Shown here one piece after another: positions 20,717 through 29,698 of a stretch of DNA of 64,000 nucleotides. Location of the stretch: the NCBI GenBank assembly GCA_902613795.1, contig CACMIP010000002.1, positions 145,466 through 209,465 of the forward strand, written 5' to 3'. The DNA is from an uncultured OCS116 cluster bacterium (GTDB lineage: Bacteria; Pseudomonadota; Alphaproteobacteria; Rhizobiales; TMED25). Position 1 is the stretch's first letter, and each line of letters opens with the position of its first letter. The notes under the pieces are model-generated. The model was not told the origin of the DNA. It made no database searches and saw only the letters and a list, made by a program, of their open reading frames with translations. The translations under genes were made by a program, and so were the position numbers.

Positions 20717-21042
20717 TATTTTTTCATACCCATTTTTCTCATTGGCATGCTGTCTATAACATCAAACAAGCTCTCCAATAGTTTTAAGTCTTTTGAGTAT
20801 CTCTTAAGTGTGCCATCAAGACCTACAAGATAAAGGCCAAAAGTATCCTTATTTATTAACGGTATTTGATTTATATCGAAATCATCTTGCGTAATGGCAA
20901 TGTGTTTTAGCTGTCTCTCCTCAATTGCTTGATTGTTATTTACAAAAAAGCGATTAATTTCCTCTTTCATGAAGGACTGAAATTCATCGTCGTGGAAATA
21001 GGAAATTAGTAGTCTTTTTTTCCATTTATATTTTTGGAACAT
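20716..21042 (-). CDS. DUF4174 domain protein
   Basis: 108 aa. YKWKKRLLISYF...FGLYLVGLDGTLKRYSKD...LFDVIDSMPMRKMGM matches the DUF4174 pattern (W..RpLlvF ... LiGKDGgvK ... lf..ID.MPMR) as I recall it. The usual signal peptide is missing. Confidence 0.6.
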   Translation of the reverse strand: MFQKYKWKKRLLISYFHDDEFQSFMKEEINRFFVNNNQAIEERQLKHIAITQDDFDINQIPLINKDTFGLYLVGLDGTLKRYSKDLKLLESLFDVIDSMPMRKMGMKK

Positions 21043-21110
21043 TATAAATAATCTATTACAATAAATTTTTTAAACTGTTATAAATATAGCAGAGAGGAAA
21101 GGATAATAAT

Positions 21111-22088
21111 ATGATTAATACAGCAATGGTCGGTCTTGGATGGTGGGGGAAACATTCCATTGAGTCAGTCAAAGACAAAAGTGAAAAAATTAAAATTATT
21201 GGTGCATGTTCAAAGAATAGTGACCAACATTCAGCTTACTTAGAGAAAAATGATTTAATAATCTATCAAACTTATGAAGATGCTCTCAAAGATGAGAATA
21301 TTGATGCCGTAATTTTGACGACGCCGCATACGACGCATACCGAACAAATTTTAGCAGCTGCAAATCATAATAAACATGTATTTGTTGAAAAACCGATGAC
21401 ACTTACAAAATCGGATGCAATTATGTGTGTTAAGGCACTAGAAGATAAGAAACTGAAATTAGGTATAGGCTTTAGTAGAAGGTTTCAGCCTGCGTATATT
21501 GATTTACTTAAAATGATCAGTGATGGCGAGATAGGTGACGTGCTTCATATTGAAGGAGAGCAATCTGGCCCAAGCGCGTACAAGCTTAAAGAGGGTATGT
21601 GGAGAGCTTCAAAAAGTGAAAGTCCAGGAGGGGCAATGGCTGCGCGTGGAACGCATGTTATGGACGCAATGATAAGTATAGCTGGAGCAGTTGAGAAAAT
21701 ATCATGTATAAGTGAGAGGAGAGTCCTTGATATTGACCTAGATGATACAACCTCGATGCTAATGAAATTCAAAAGTGGAATATCAGGATATCTTGGAACA
21801 ATTTACGTAACAGCTGATATCTGGAGACTGCATGTCTATGGATCAAAGGGGTATTTACTGATGGATGCGGAGACAAGGCTAATCAAGAAAACACTGGATA
21901 ATAAAGAGACAATTATTAATTATCCAAATGCTAATATAGTTGGTTTAACATTAGAGGCATTTGCTGATGATATTGAAGGGAAAGCGCCATTCCCTGTCAC
22001 CACTGATGAAGCAATAGATGGTGTTGCTGCTTTTGAGGCTATGGTTAAATCAGCTGAAAATGACAGTAATTGGATTAGCGTAGACTGA
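21111..22088 (+). CDS. Gfo/Idh/MocA family NAD(P)-dependent oxidoreductase
   Basis: 325 aa. N-terminal Rossmann motif VGLGWWGK and the EKP motif FVEKPMTL. It is a paralogue of 32309-33298. Confidence 0.85.
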   Translation: MINTAMVGLGWWGKHSIESVKDKSEKIKIIGACSKNSDQHSAYLEKNDLIIYQTYEDALKDENIDAVILTTPHTTHTEQILAAANHNKHVFVEKPMTLTKSDAIMCVKALEDKKLKLGIGFSRRFQPAYIDLLKMISDGEIGDVLHIEGEQSGPSAYKLKEGMWRASKSESPGGAMAARGTHVMDAMISIAGAVEKISCISERRVLDIDLDDTTSMLMKFKSGISGYLGTIYVTADIWRLHVYGSKGYLLMDAETRLIKKTLDNKETIINYPNANIVGLTLEAFADDIEGKAPFPVTTDEAIDGVAAFEAMVKSAENDSNWISVD

Positions 22089-22106
22089 TACTACGGGGTG
22101 ATAGCT

Positions 22107-23030
22107 CTAATCTTTCTTTTGACCAACTGACTCACGACAAGGTCCGTACATGCAAGTAAGCAGGAGTATAATTCCTGAGACGACCGCAATCATACCAGCG
22201 GCACTAACAGAATTTTCACTACCAAACCAAAGTGGACCATATCCTGCGATTATATAGCCAAAAATTGCTGCTAATATTGCAAAAACTATTGACCAAATAA
22301 CCTGAATACCTAGCTTATTTGTCATTAGTCGTGCTGCTGCTGGTGGGCAAATAAACATAGCAATCACAATGATAGAGCCCACTGACTCAAATGCTGCAAC
22401 AGCTGCGATTGCGGTTATGATAACTAGTGAAAAGTTAATTATTGAGGAATGAATACCAATAGTTCTCGCATATTCTTCATCAAACGTTACAATTTTTAAC
22501 CATCGCCAGAATATCACTGTCAGAGAGAGAATAAATCCACAAACAAAAATAATACGAAATAATTCATCGGGTAGCGTTTTCAATACGTCAAGATCGAACA
22601 ATGATTGCCATCCTTGTGCTTTTAACCAAATCAGGGACTCTAAGTTTCCCATTAATGCATGTTCTACATCGAGGTGTACTTTGCTCGTATCTGTTTGTTC
22701 CAAAATTAATACCCCTAGCGCAAACATACCTGTGAATACAACCCCCATTGCGGCACCAGGCTCAATTTTTCCTAATCGTTTAATAATTTCTATAAGTATG
22801 ACAGCGACTAATGCCGCTCCTGCAGCGCCCAACAACATTGGCATTGTGGAAATAACTCCTGTGAAAATGAAAGCAACAACAATACCGGGGAGCACAACAT
22901 GACTGATTGCATCACCAATTAGTGCTTGGCGTTTTAGTATAAGAAAGTTGCCTGGGACCGCACAACTTATTCCTGCCAGAATACCAATTAAGATTGGCGT
23001 CAAAGAAAATTGAATAAATTCATTAATCAT
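22107..23030 (-). CDS. sitD: Mn/Fe-type metal ABC transporter permease (ABC-3 family, SitD/MntD-like)
   Basis: 307 aa polytopic protein with the ABC-3 pattern ...ALIGDAISHVVLPGI.... It is the fourth gene of the SBP-ATPase-permease-permease operon. Confidence 0.82.
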   Translation of the reverse strand: MINEFIQFSLTPILIGILAGISCAVPGNFLILKRQALIGDAISHVVLPGIVVAFIFTGVISTMPMLLGAAGAALVAVILIEIIKRLGKIEPGAAMGVVFTGMFALGVLILEQTDTSKVHLDVEHALMGNLESLIWLKAQGWQSLFDLDVLKTLPDELFRIIFVCGFILSLTVIFWRWLKIVTFDEEYARTIGIHSSIINFSLVIITAIAAVAAFESVGSIIVIAMFICPPAAARLMTNKLGIQVIWSIVFAILAAIFGYIIAGYGPLWFGSENSVSAAGMIAVVSGIILLLTCMYGPCRESVGQKKD

Positions 23031-24237
23031 ACGTTATACTCTTAAATTTGTGAGATTTGATATATTGATCAACTTTCAAAAGCTCATCTTTTGTGAGTGT
23101 TTCTTCAATTAGTTTGATGCCATAATTTATGTTCATATCTTTATCTGGATATACTTCTTTGGCTGCAATCCACCTATTTTCATCAATAAGGATTTTTGTT
23201 ACTAATTTTTTACCTTTATCGGTCAAGCCATCCGTTCTTGAGAGGCCCTCATTTGCTAATAATTTTCGAGTAAATGAGCTAACAACATTCTCACCTTTTG
23301 CAATTGTGAGTAATCCTTGACGACGGTGGATATTAGATTTAGTTTTTCGACGCTCTATGAATGTTGAGAATACTCCACTGTTTGGTGCAAGAAAAAGTGA
23401 TAGCACAAATAGGACTATTGCAATCATTACAATAATTGGGCCTGTTGGCAGCGATGGCGCTGAAGCAGATAGAACTGCCCCAATATACCCCGATAGACCA
23501 CCTAAAAAGCCTGCAATCACAACGACTTCATCCATACGATTACTCCAGAAGCGTGCTGTTACTGCTGGTATTATTAGCATCGCGACAATTAAAATTAAAC
23601 CAACAAGTTTCATTCCAATAACGGTCACTCCTAGAACAAGCCCCATCATTAAAAGGTCAATTTGTCGAACATCATAGCCCACAGATATTGCGTAATCTTT
23701 GTCAAAGGAAACAATTGTTAAGGGGCGGCGCGCGATCCAGATTCCTAAAATACTAAAAAATCCTCCAATAGCAATTACAATTGCATCTTGAAATAACATT
23801 CCAGCTGTTGAACCAAGGAGAAAACTTTCTAGCCCTGCTTGTCTACCACTGCTCATTGTCTGAATAACTGTAAGAAGAACGATACCGGCACCAAAAAATA
23901 CACCTAGTACGCTGCCAATCGCTGCATCCTCAGGTAAGCGTGTACGTCGAGGAATCCACTCTATTATGAATAGACCTATAAGCGCTGTTATTGCTGAACC
24001 AAATAATAATCCCAATATGCTGCGACCATCTCCTCCAAGCCAAATCATTATAATGAAAGCAACTCCAATACCGGGCAAGGTTGCGTGGGCTATTGCATCT
24101 GAAACAAGTGCACGCTTTCGCAGAAAAAGGAATGTTCCAGCCGAACCTGCGGCGATACCTAAAAGTATAGCTCCAACGGTAACGAGGGCAACATTGTAAC
24201 CCGCTTGAAATAGCATTGCTTGTACAAAAGTATTCAT
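23023..24237 (-). CDS. sitC: Mn/Fe-type metal ABC transporter permease (SitC/MntC-like) with a DtxR-like C-terminal cytoplasmic domain
   Basis: 404 aa. The ABC-3 core (ALVSDAIAHATLPGIG) is followed by about 120 non-membrane residues (…RRKTKSNIHRRQGLLTIAKGENVVSSFTRKLLANEGLSRTDGLTDKGKKLVTKILIDENRW…). By eye these align to the wHTH and first dimerisation helix of DtxR/MntR. Confidence 0.8.
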   Translation of the reverse strand: MNTFVQAMLFQAGYNVALVTVGAILLGIAAGSAGTFLFLRKRALVSDAIAHATLPGIGVAFIIMIWLGGDGRSILGLLFGSAITALIGLFIIEWIPRRTRLPEDAAIGSVLGVFFGAGIVLLTVIQTMSSGRQAGLESFLLGSTAGMLFQDAIVIAIGGFFSILGIWIARRPLTIVSFDKDYAISVGYDVRQIDLLMMGLVLGVTVIGMKLVGLILIVAMLIIPAVTARFWSNRMDEVVVIAGFLGGLSGYIGAVLSASAPSLPTGPIIVMIAIVLFVLSLFLAPNSGVFSTFIERRKTKSNIHRRQGLLTIAKGENVVSSFTRKLLANEGLSRTDGLTDKGKKLVTKILIDENRWIAAKEVYPDKDMNINYGIKLIEETLTKDELLKVDQYIKSHKFKSITYD

Positions 24238-25034
24238 TTAGTAGGACGATCTTTGGGAGCAGATAACTCCTCTGCATGAGTTAGTTCAAGTTTTCCACCA
24301 TATGTCGATTGTAAATTTTCGTTGGTGAAAGTTTCATCAATCAATCCTTCTGCAATATTTTTTATATTGATCATGAGTACGTAGTCAAAATAATCGCGAA
24401 CTGTTGCTAAGTCATGATGAACTGCAATTATAGATTTATTTTTTGATTTTAATGATTTTAAGACGTCAATAATTGCTCTTTCAGTTGCTGCATCAACACC
24501 AGAAAATGGTTCATCCAAAAGATATATTTCGGCGTCTTGCGCAAGAGCTCTCGCTAAAAATACCCTTTGTTGCTGGCCACCTGATAATTGTCCAATCTGC
24601 TGCTGCCACATGTCAGCCATACCAACCCGATCTAGGCAATCCATTGCAATGGAAGTTTGCTCCCCTTTCATTCTTCCAAGTAAACCAACCTGTCGATAGA
24701 GGCCCATTTGTACGACATCGATTACATTTGTTGGAAAATCCCAATCAACACTTACTCTTTGAGGTACATATGCAATTTTTTGCAGGTTATTTTTTACTGG
24801 ATTATCGAAAATATGTACTTGCCCAGCAAGAATTGGTTGCACTCCAATTACTGCTTTAAGAAGCGTTGATTTTCCGGCGCCATTCGGTCCAATTATGGCC
24901 GACATAGAGGCAGTAGGAAAATTTGCATCAACTGAGAATATGGCAGTCTTATCTCCATAAGAGACGGTTAAACCCTGTATTTTCAATGCTGGCTTGGACG
25001 GGGTTATCTCAGATGTGTTCGTAGTATTAATCAT
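24234..25034 (-). CDS. sitB: Metal ABC transporter ATP-binding protein (SitB/MntB-like)
   Basis: 266 aa. Walker A GPNGAGKSTLLK, signature LSGGQQQRVFLARAL, Walker B YLLDEP. Confidence 0.9.
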   Translation of the reverse strand: MINTTNTSEITPSKPALKIQGLTVSYGDKTAIFSVDANFPTASMSAIIGPNGAGKSTLLKAVIGVQPILAGQVHIFDNPVKNNLQKIAYVPQRVSVDWDFPTNVIDVVQMGLYRQVGLLGRMKGEQTSIAMDCLDRVGMADMWQQQIGQLSGGQQQRVFLARALAQDAEIYLLDEPFSGVDAATERAIIDVLKSLKSKNKSIIAVHHDLATVRDYFDYVLMINIKNIAEGLIDETFTNENLQSTYGGKLELTHAEELSAPKDRPTK

Positions 25035-25067
25035 GATGGAAATTTTAAATATTCAGTTCTAACATTT

Positions 25068-26027
25068 TTATTTGAGCTTATTTAACATACCAGCATGTGG
25101 TGCATCACCGCCGAGGGCAATTGCAATTTTTGTAGAGTTTGAGTCAATCATGCCGATATATGTTCCTTCATAACTACCAGGTTCACCCATCGCATCAGAA
25201 AATAGCTCACCCCCAATACTGACCTTATATCCCTTAGCTCTGGTACCTTCCACTAACGCTCTAATATTACGGTCACTTACTGATGTTTCAATAAAGACAG
25301 CCTGTATATTCTTTTCTATAATTAAATCCACAAGTTCCGAAATGCGCTTCAAACCAGCCTCAGACTCTGTTGAAATACCCTGAATACCAATAACATCATA
25401 GCCGTAAGCTTGTCCAAAGTAATTAAATGCGTCATGTGAGGTCAGTAGTATACGGTTTTTTTGTGGGACGGACGTAAGAATGTTATTTGCATAATTTTCA
25501 AGCTGCTCAATTTCTTTCATATAAATTTCTGCATTATCGCTAAGTTTAGTTTTCGCATCTGGTAAAATTTCAATAAGAGCGTCTCTCACATTTAAGACGA
25601 TATAAGACCAAATATTCGGATTCATCCAAAGATGTGGATCGAAACGATCAACATATTCATCTGAACCTATGAGCAAATTATGTGGTACATTCTCAGCAAC
25701 AGCGATGACAGGCCTTTCATTACCGAGTTCTATAAGAAACTCTTCCATTTGCGCTTCCAGATAAAGACCATTCCATAAAACTAAATCAGCATTTGCTAGA
25801 GACACAATATCTGATCTTGTTTGTCTATAGGCGTGTGGATCAACACCAGAGCCCATAAGGACTTTAATATTAACATGGTCTTCTGCAATATTTGATACGG
25901 CGTCAGCTATCATACCTGTGGTGACAACAATATTTGGTTTTTCATTTGCGTATGCGGAGGACCAATGCGCACACATCACACAAAGTATGAGTGTAAATAA
26001 TTTACAAAATAACTTTATCTTATACAT
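25068..26027 (-). CDS. sitA: Metal ABC transporter substrate-binding protein (TroA/PsaA/SitA cluster A-I family)
   Basis: 319 aa. Signal peptide, then VVTTGMIADAVSNIA...VDPHAYRQT...DLVLWNGLYLE...HDAFNYF typical of the ZnuA/PsaA fold. It has no His-rich loop, which favours Mn/Fe over Zn. Confidence 0.88.
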   Translation of the reverse strand: MYKIKLFCKLFTLILCVMCAHWSSAYANEKPNIVVTTGMIADAVSNIAEDHVNIKVLMGSGVDPHAYRQTRSDIVSLANADLVLWNGLYLEAQMEEFLIELGNERPVIAVAENVPHNLLIGSDEYVDRFDPHLWMNPNIWSYIVLNVRDALIEILPDAKTKLSDNAEIYMKEIEQLENYANNILTSVPQKNRILLTSHDAFNYFGQAYGYDVIGIQGISTESEAGLKRISELVDLIIEKNIQAVFIETSVSDRNIRALVEGTRAKGYKVSIGGELFSDAMGEPGSYEGTYIGMIDSNSTKIAIALGGDAPHAGMLNKLK

Positions 26028-26040
26028 CTAAAGATAATAA

Positions 26041-26061
26041 TGCAATTAAGAATGATTTGCA
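26041..26061. promoter_or_regulatory. Fur/Mur-like inverted repeat operator candidate upstream of sitA
   Basis: TGCAA-N11-TTGCA (TGCAATTAAGAATGATTTGCA), 14 nt upstream of the sitA ATG. It overlaps a minus-strand TTGCAA(-35)-17 bp-TATTAT(-10) pair. Confidence 0.3.
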
Positions 26062-26132
26062 AGTAGGTAAACGAATAAATGTATTTTGTACTTTTTCTGT
26101 GGTAAATATTATGCAAAAACTAATAAGGAAAC

Positions 26133-27296
26133 TTAGACGTTCTCATTGCAAACCCAATCGCGGATGTCATCTCCGTAGGCCTCAAATCCGTCATTTTTGA
26201 TTACCACGGTATCTTCTAGTTTAACAAACCCGACATCATCATACTTCAGATCGGTTTCAATAGACAATACCATTCCTGACTCGAGAGATTTCTCTTTGTA
26301 AGGGGCAGGGTATGGTATGACACCCTTATCATACATGTGGGGCGCTTCATGTTGGATCATGCCCATTCCATGAGCGACAAATTTAAAATTTAGAGTTTTA
26401 TCACACTTTGATATCTCGCGATGTGCTGCTTCTATTATTTCATTACCTGTTATTCCAGCTTTAATCACTGAACGAGGGGCGTCATTAATTGCACGGACTT
26501 GTGATAGTAAGTCACGCATCTTGCTTGAAGGCTTACCCATCACCGCCATTCGACATAAGTCACCAAGGTAACCCTTTAGATTTGCACCTGAGTCGAGCGA
26601 TAGAATTTCACCCTTATTCCAAGAAAGTTTTTTTGAAGGGGTACGGTTATATGATTTTCCAGCAGCGACTAGGCAGTATTCAAAATTCATACTTAATTTT
26701 GTTTCTTCTTCTTTTAACGCTTGAGCAATTGAATGCGTATCTGCACCGGGCTTTGTCACTGTCATGACTTTTTTCATGCAAGCGGTAATATTATCTGAAG
26801 CCTTTTTTAACAACTCAAGCTCTTGGTCTGTTTTGACCGAACGGAGCTCTTGCATCAAAACAAGCACATCAACAAATTCAGCATCGGGAAGATTTTTCTT
26901 AAGAGCAATATATGTATCTGTTGGTGTGTTACAGAGCTCAATTCCAATTCTCTTTTTCGAATACCCAAGTTCAATCACTTTCTTTGCCGCTTCATGTCCC
27001 GCTTGACTGGTATTCCATTGTATATTCTTTATATCTTGAATCCATAATGGCTCAACTTCTTGTTGTTGACCCTCTAACATGTGTCCAATGTAGAATGCCA
27101 TTTCAGGTCTACCTTTTGGATATCCAACAGTTGGCAAATAACGACTGATACCAATTGAGTCTTTTTGCGCAAAGAAAAAAAATTTATACCCACCTAATAA
27201 ATATTGGGCTGTATTCTTATCATTTATAATTAAGAAATCAATACCATTATCATCCAGTAATTTATCTAATTTAGATTGATCAAATGGTAATTGCAT
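26133..27296 (-). CDS. M24 family metallohydrolase (creatinase/prolidase fold with creatinase-type N-terminal domain)
   Basis: 387 aa. The pita-bread metal ligand pattern is retained: LDSG...GYLGD, AHGMGMIQHEAP, SIETD and KLEDT. Confidence 0.78.
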   Translation of the reverse strand: MQLPFDQSKLDKLLDDNGIDFLIINDKNTAQYLLGGYKFFFFAQKDSIGISRYLPTVGYPKGRPEMAFYIGHMLEGQQQEVEPLWIQDIKNIQWNTSQAGHEAAKKVIELGYSKKRIGIELCNTPTDTYIALKKNLPDAEFVDVLVLMQELRSVKTDQELELLKKASDNITACMKKVMTVTKPGADTHSIAQALKEEETKLSMNFEYCLVAAGKSYNRTPSKKLSWNKGEILSLDSGANLKGYLGDLCRMAVMGKPSSKMRDLLSQVRAINDAPRSVIKAGITGNEIIEAAHREISKCDKTLNFKFVAHGMGMIQHEAPHMYDKGVIPYPAPYKEKSLESGMVLSIETDLKYDDVGFVKLEDTVVIKNDGFEAYGDDIRDWVCNENV

Positions 27297-27307
27297 GTGC
27301 TGCCATT

Positions 27308-28510
27308 CTATAAGGTTAGGCTTTGGAAATCATTTTTTAGTAGATTTCTACCCCACTGTGAAAACTGCATATCTTGGTTGAAATGGATATGAGATGAGCA
27401 AGCCTGGACATCCATTAGTGCACTTGTTATCGGAGATCCATTGTATATACCATTTGCTCCACATACTTGCTGCATGATAGATATAGACTCCAGAGTTATT
27501 TTGACTGCATACGCTGCATTTCTCTTATATTTTAGTTTATTATTTGTTGAAATTTGTCCATTCTCGTGCATTTGTCTTTCAACTTCAATACAGTCATTTC
27601 TTAATATAAGCCTCGCAGCGTCTATTCTGGACGCAATTTCTCCCAGCCTGTTATGTATTGTTGGGATATCTGACATTTTCATATTTGAGGTACTAGTTGA
27701 TCTTTTTTCGATCCATTCTAGAAGTAAATTAAGGCATAACTGGGCGCCGCCGATTGCACACCCGGCAAGTCCGTGCCCACCAATGGATGCTGTTGGAATT
27801 TGATACATTAAATTCTTATTTAGGTCTACACCTTTGAATGAATGGCCATCTCGGTTTACAGAAAATGATTGTAACTTATACTCGGGTACAAATAATTCAT
27901 TAATTTTAACTGAACAGCTACCAGTTTGCTTCATACCATACGTATCCCAATCATTTAAGGTTTCATATTCACTTTTATGAAGGATACACTGGTGCCAATC
28001 TTTTGTTCCATTGTCATCTAGCATGAATGCGAAAAAAGACCAATCTGAAATCTCAATCCCAGAGCAAAAATTCCACAATCCAGTAAGGATTACACCATCT
28101 TCTACTTTTTTTGCACTTCCTTGTTGATAGATATTTCCTGCAGCGATTAAAGCATTGGGATTATCATCCCATATTTCTCTTTGAATTCGCTCATCAAATA
28201 CTGCAAGAGTCCGGTGATGTGAGGCCATATTAGCGACGATCCAGCCAGTTGAGCAATCTGCTCGAGAAATTATTTCAGGAATATCGAACCAGGCTTCAAA
28301 ATCCAACTCCCAACCACCCCATTGCCTTGGCTGAAAGTATCTAAATAAGCCCTCTTGGTGGAGTAAGTCTATGATATCTGGGGAAACATTGGTATCAGAT
28401 GATTTGATATTACCTTTGATGTCTCTAATTTTAGGGATAAGAGATAAAGCGCGTTCGTTTGCATCTTTATTTGATACCACTGTTATTTCGTTTAGGTTAT
28501 CTTTCAGCAT
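27308..28510 (-). CDS. Acyl-CoA dehydrogenase-fold flavin-dependent monooxygenase (group D, HpaH/HsaA/GraA-like oxygenase component)
   Basis: 400 aa. Layout and blocks (WGGWELDF...STGWIVANMASHH...LTGLWNFCSGI...YGMKQTGSCSV) resemble two-component phenol/hydroxyarene hydroxylase oxygenase subunits rather than true acyl-CoA dehydrogenases. Confidence 0.65.
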   Translation of the reverse strand: MLKDNLNEITVVSNKDANERALSLIPKIRDIKGNIKSSDTNVSPDIIDLLHQEGLFRYFQPRQWGGWELDFEAWFDIPEIISRADCSTGWIVANMASHHRTLAVFDERIQREIWDDNPNALIAAGNIYQQGSAKKVEDGVILTGLWNFCSGIEISDWSFFAFMLDDNGTKDWHQCILHKSEYETLNDWDTYGMKQTGSCSVKINELFVPEYKLQSFSVNRDGHSFKGVDLNKNLMYQIPTASIGGHGLAGCAIGGAQLCLNLLLEWIEKRSTSTSNMKMSDIPTIHNRLGEIASRIDAARLILRNDCIEVERQMHENGQISTNNKLKYKRNAAYAVKITLESISIMQQVCGANGIYNGSPITSALMDVQACSSHIHFNQDMQFSQWGRNLLKNDFQSLTL

Positions 28511-28539
28511 TTAATTTAAAGAGAGAATTTTCTGTATTT

Positions 28540-29628
28540 TTACTTAAAATCTGATTCTGACAGATTAAGTAGTCTTAAGGCATTCAATCCACAAATTTTC
28601 TCTCGTTCCTCTTCTGTTATACTTTCAACCTGGTATACGTGTTCGACTGGGTCATGCTCTGCCATATCAGCCGGATAGTCTGTCCCGATCGCAACATGGT
28701 TAGCGCCATATTTTTTTATTAAAAATTCTAATTGGTCGACTGAAAAAACAAGCGTGTCAAAGTAGAACTTTTCCAAGTAAGTAGATGGTTTTTTATAAAT
28801 TTTTTGTCGACCGTCAATTCTTGCACCGTATACATGATCCATGCGAGCCGCATAGCTAGCTGGAAATGCCCCACCATGTGATAGATAAAATTTGATATTT
28901 GGGTATCTTTCCATAACGCCATCAAATATCAAGTAATGGATAGCAACTGTTGTATCAAGAGGATTTCCAATTACATTTAGCATGTAATGCTCACCGAAGC
29001 GATCGCTGTAGAATGATGATGGATGAATAAATATTAGAATATCATGCTCCTCACACCTCTTCCAAAAAGGCTCCAGTCTCTCCGCTGATAGTTCTTCTTT
29101 TCCTACTCGTGCCCCAATTTGTATACCTCTGAAATCAAGTTCATTGACGCATCTATCTAATTCTTTAATTGCAAGTTCGGTATCTTGTAACGGAACAGTT
29201 CCAAGACCAACGAGTCTCTTAGGATTTGTTTTCGCAGTTGCAGCAATATTATTATTTATTATTTCTGCAGACTCAGCACAAAGATTTTTATCAACCATAT
29301 AAAAAAATTGTTGTGGTGAACAAGATAATGCTGATACATCCAGCAATGATTTATCCATTTGCTCAAGCCTTACATTGATATCAGTAAATGGTATTTCACG
29401 ATCTTCTGATTGTTTTTTATTTACTTGTTTTGTTAAATCACTTGCAACACCAACTGAAGGATGAAAGTCCTGGGGTAGATGAGGTTTTACCAAAGCATCT
29501 GACTCCGGAGTTCGCATATGATTGTGAAGATCAACAGTTAAGGTCTTTGGTCTTTTTGCCGGTCCTTTTGGGTGTTCTCGGCCTGCAGTTGGTCCATATG
29601 GTCTTAATTCAATATCATGTTGAGTCAT
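28540..29628 (-). CDS. Amidohydrolase-2 (ACMSD) family metal-dependent enzyme, probable non-oxidative decarboxylase/hydratase
   Basis: 362 aa. Has the HxH motif VDLHNHM, IFIHPS, LSHGGAFP and IGTDYP. An AGGAG SD lies upstream. Confidence 0.8.
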   Translation of the reverse strand: MTQHDIELRPYGPTAGREHPKGPAKRPKTLTVDLHNHMRTPESDALVKPHLPQDFHPSVGVASDLTKQVNKKQSEDREIPFTDINVRLEQMDKSLLDVSALSCSPQQFFYMVDKNLCAESAEIINNNIAATAKTNPKRLVGLGTVPLQDTELAIKELDRCVNELDFRGIQIGARVGKEELSAERLEPFWKRCEEHDILIFIHPSSFYSDRFGEHYMLNVIGNPLDTTVAIHYLIFDGVMERYPNIKFYLSHGGAFPASYAARMDHVYGARIDGRQKIYKKPSTYLEKFYFDTLVFSVDQLEFLIKKYGANHVAIGTDYPADMAEHDPVEHVYQVESITEEEREKICGLNALRLLNLSESDFK

Positions 29629-29698
29629 CTTACATTATCTCCTAATTGACGTATTTGCATTATTAAACAGATCTTTTTTATAGCATCGTGCAGAATAT

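Noticed and set aside
22107-26027. Assigning the metal ABC operon to zinc uptake (znuABC)
   Set aside because: The operon has two separate permease genes in sitABCD order. The binding protein lacks the His/acidic-rich loop typical of ZnuA. An Mn/Fe-type system is more consistent, though metal specificity cannot be proven from sequence.
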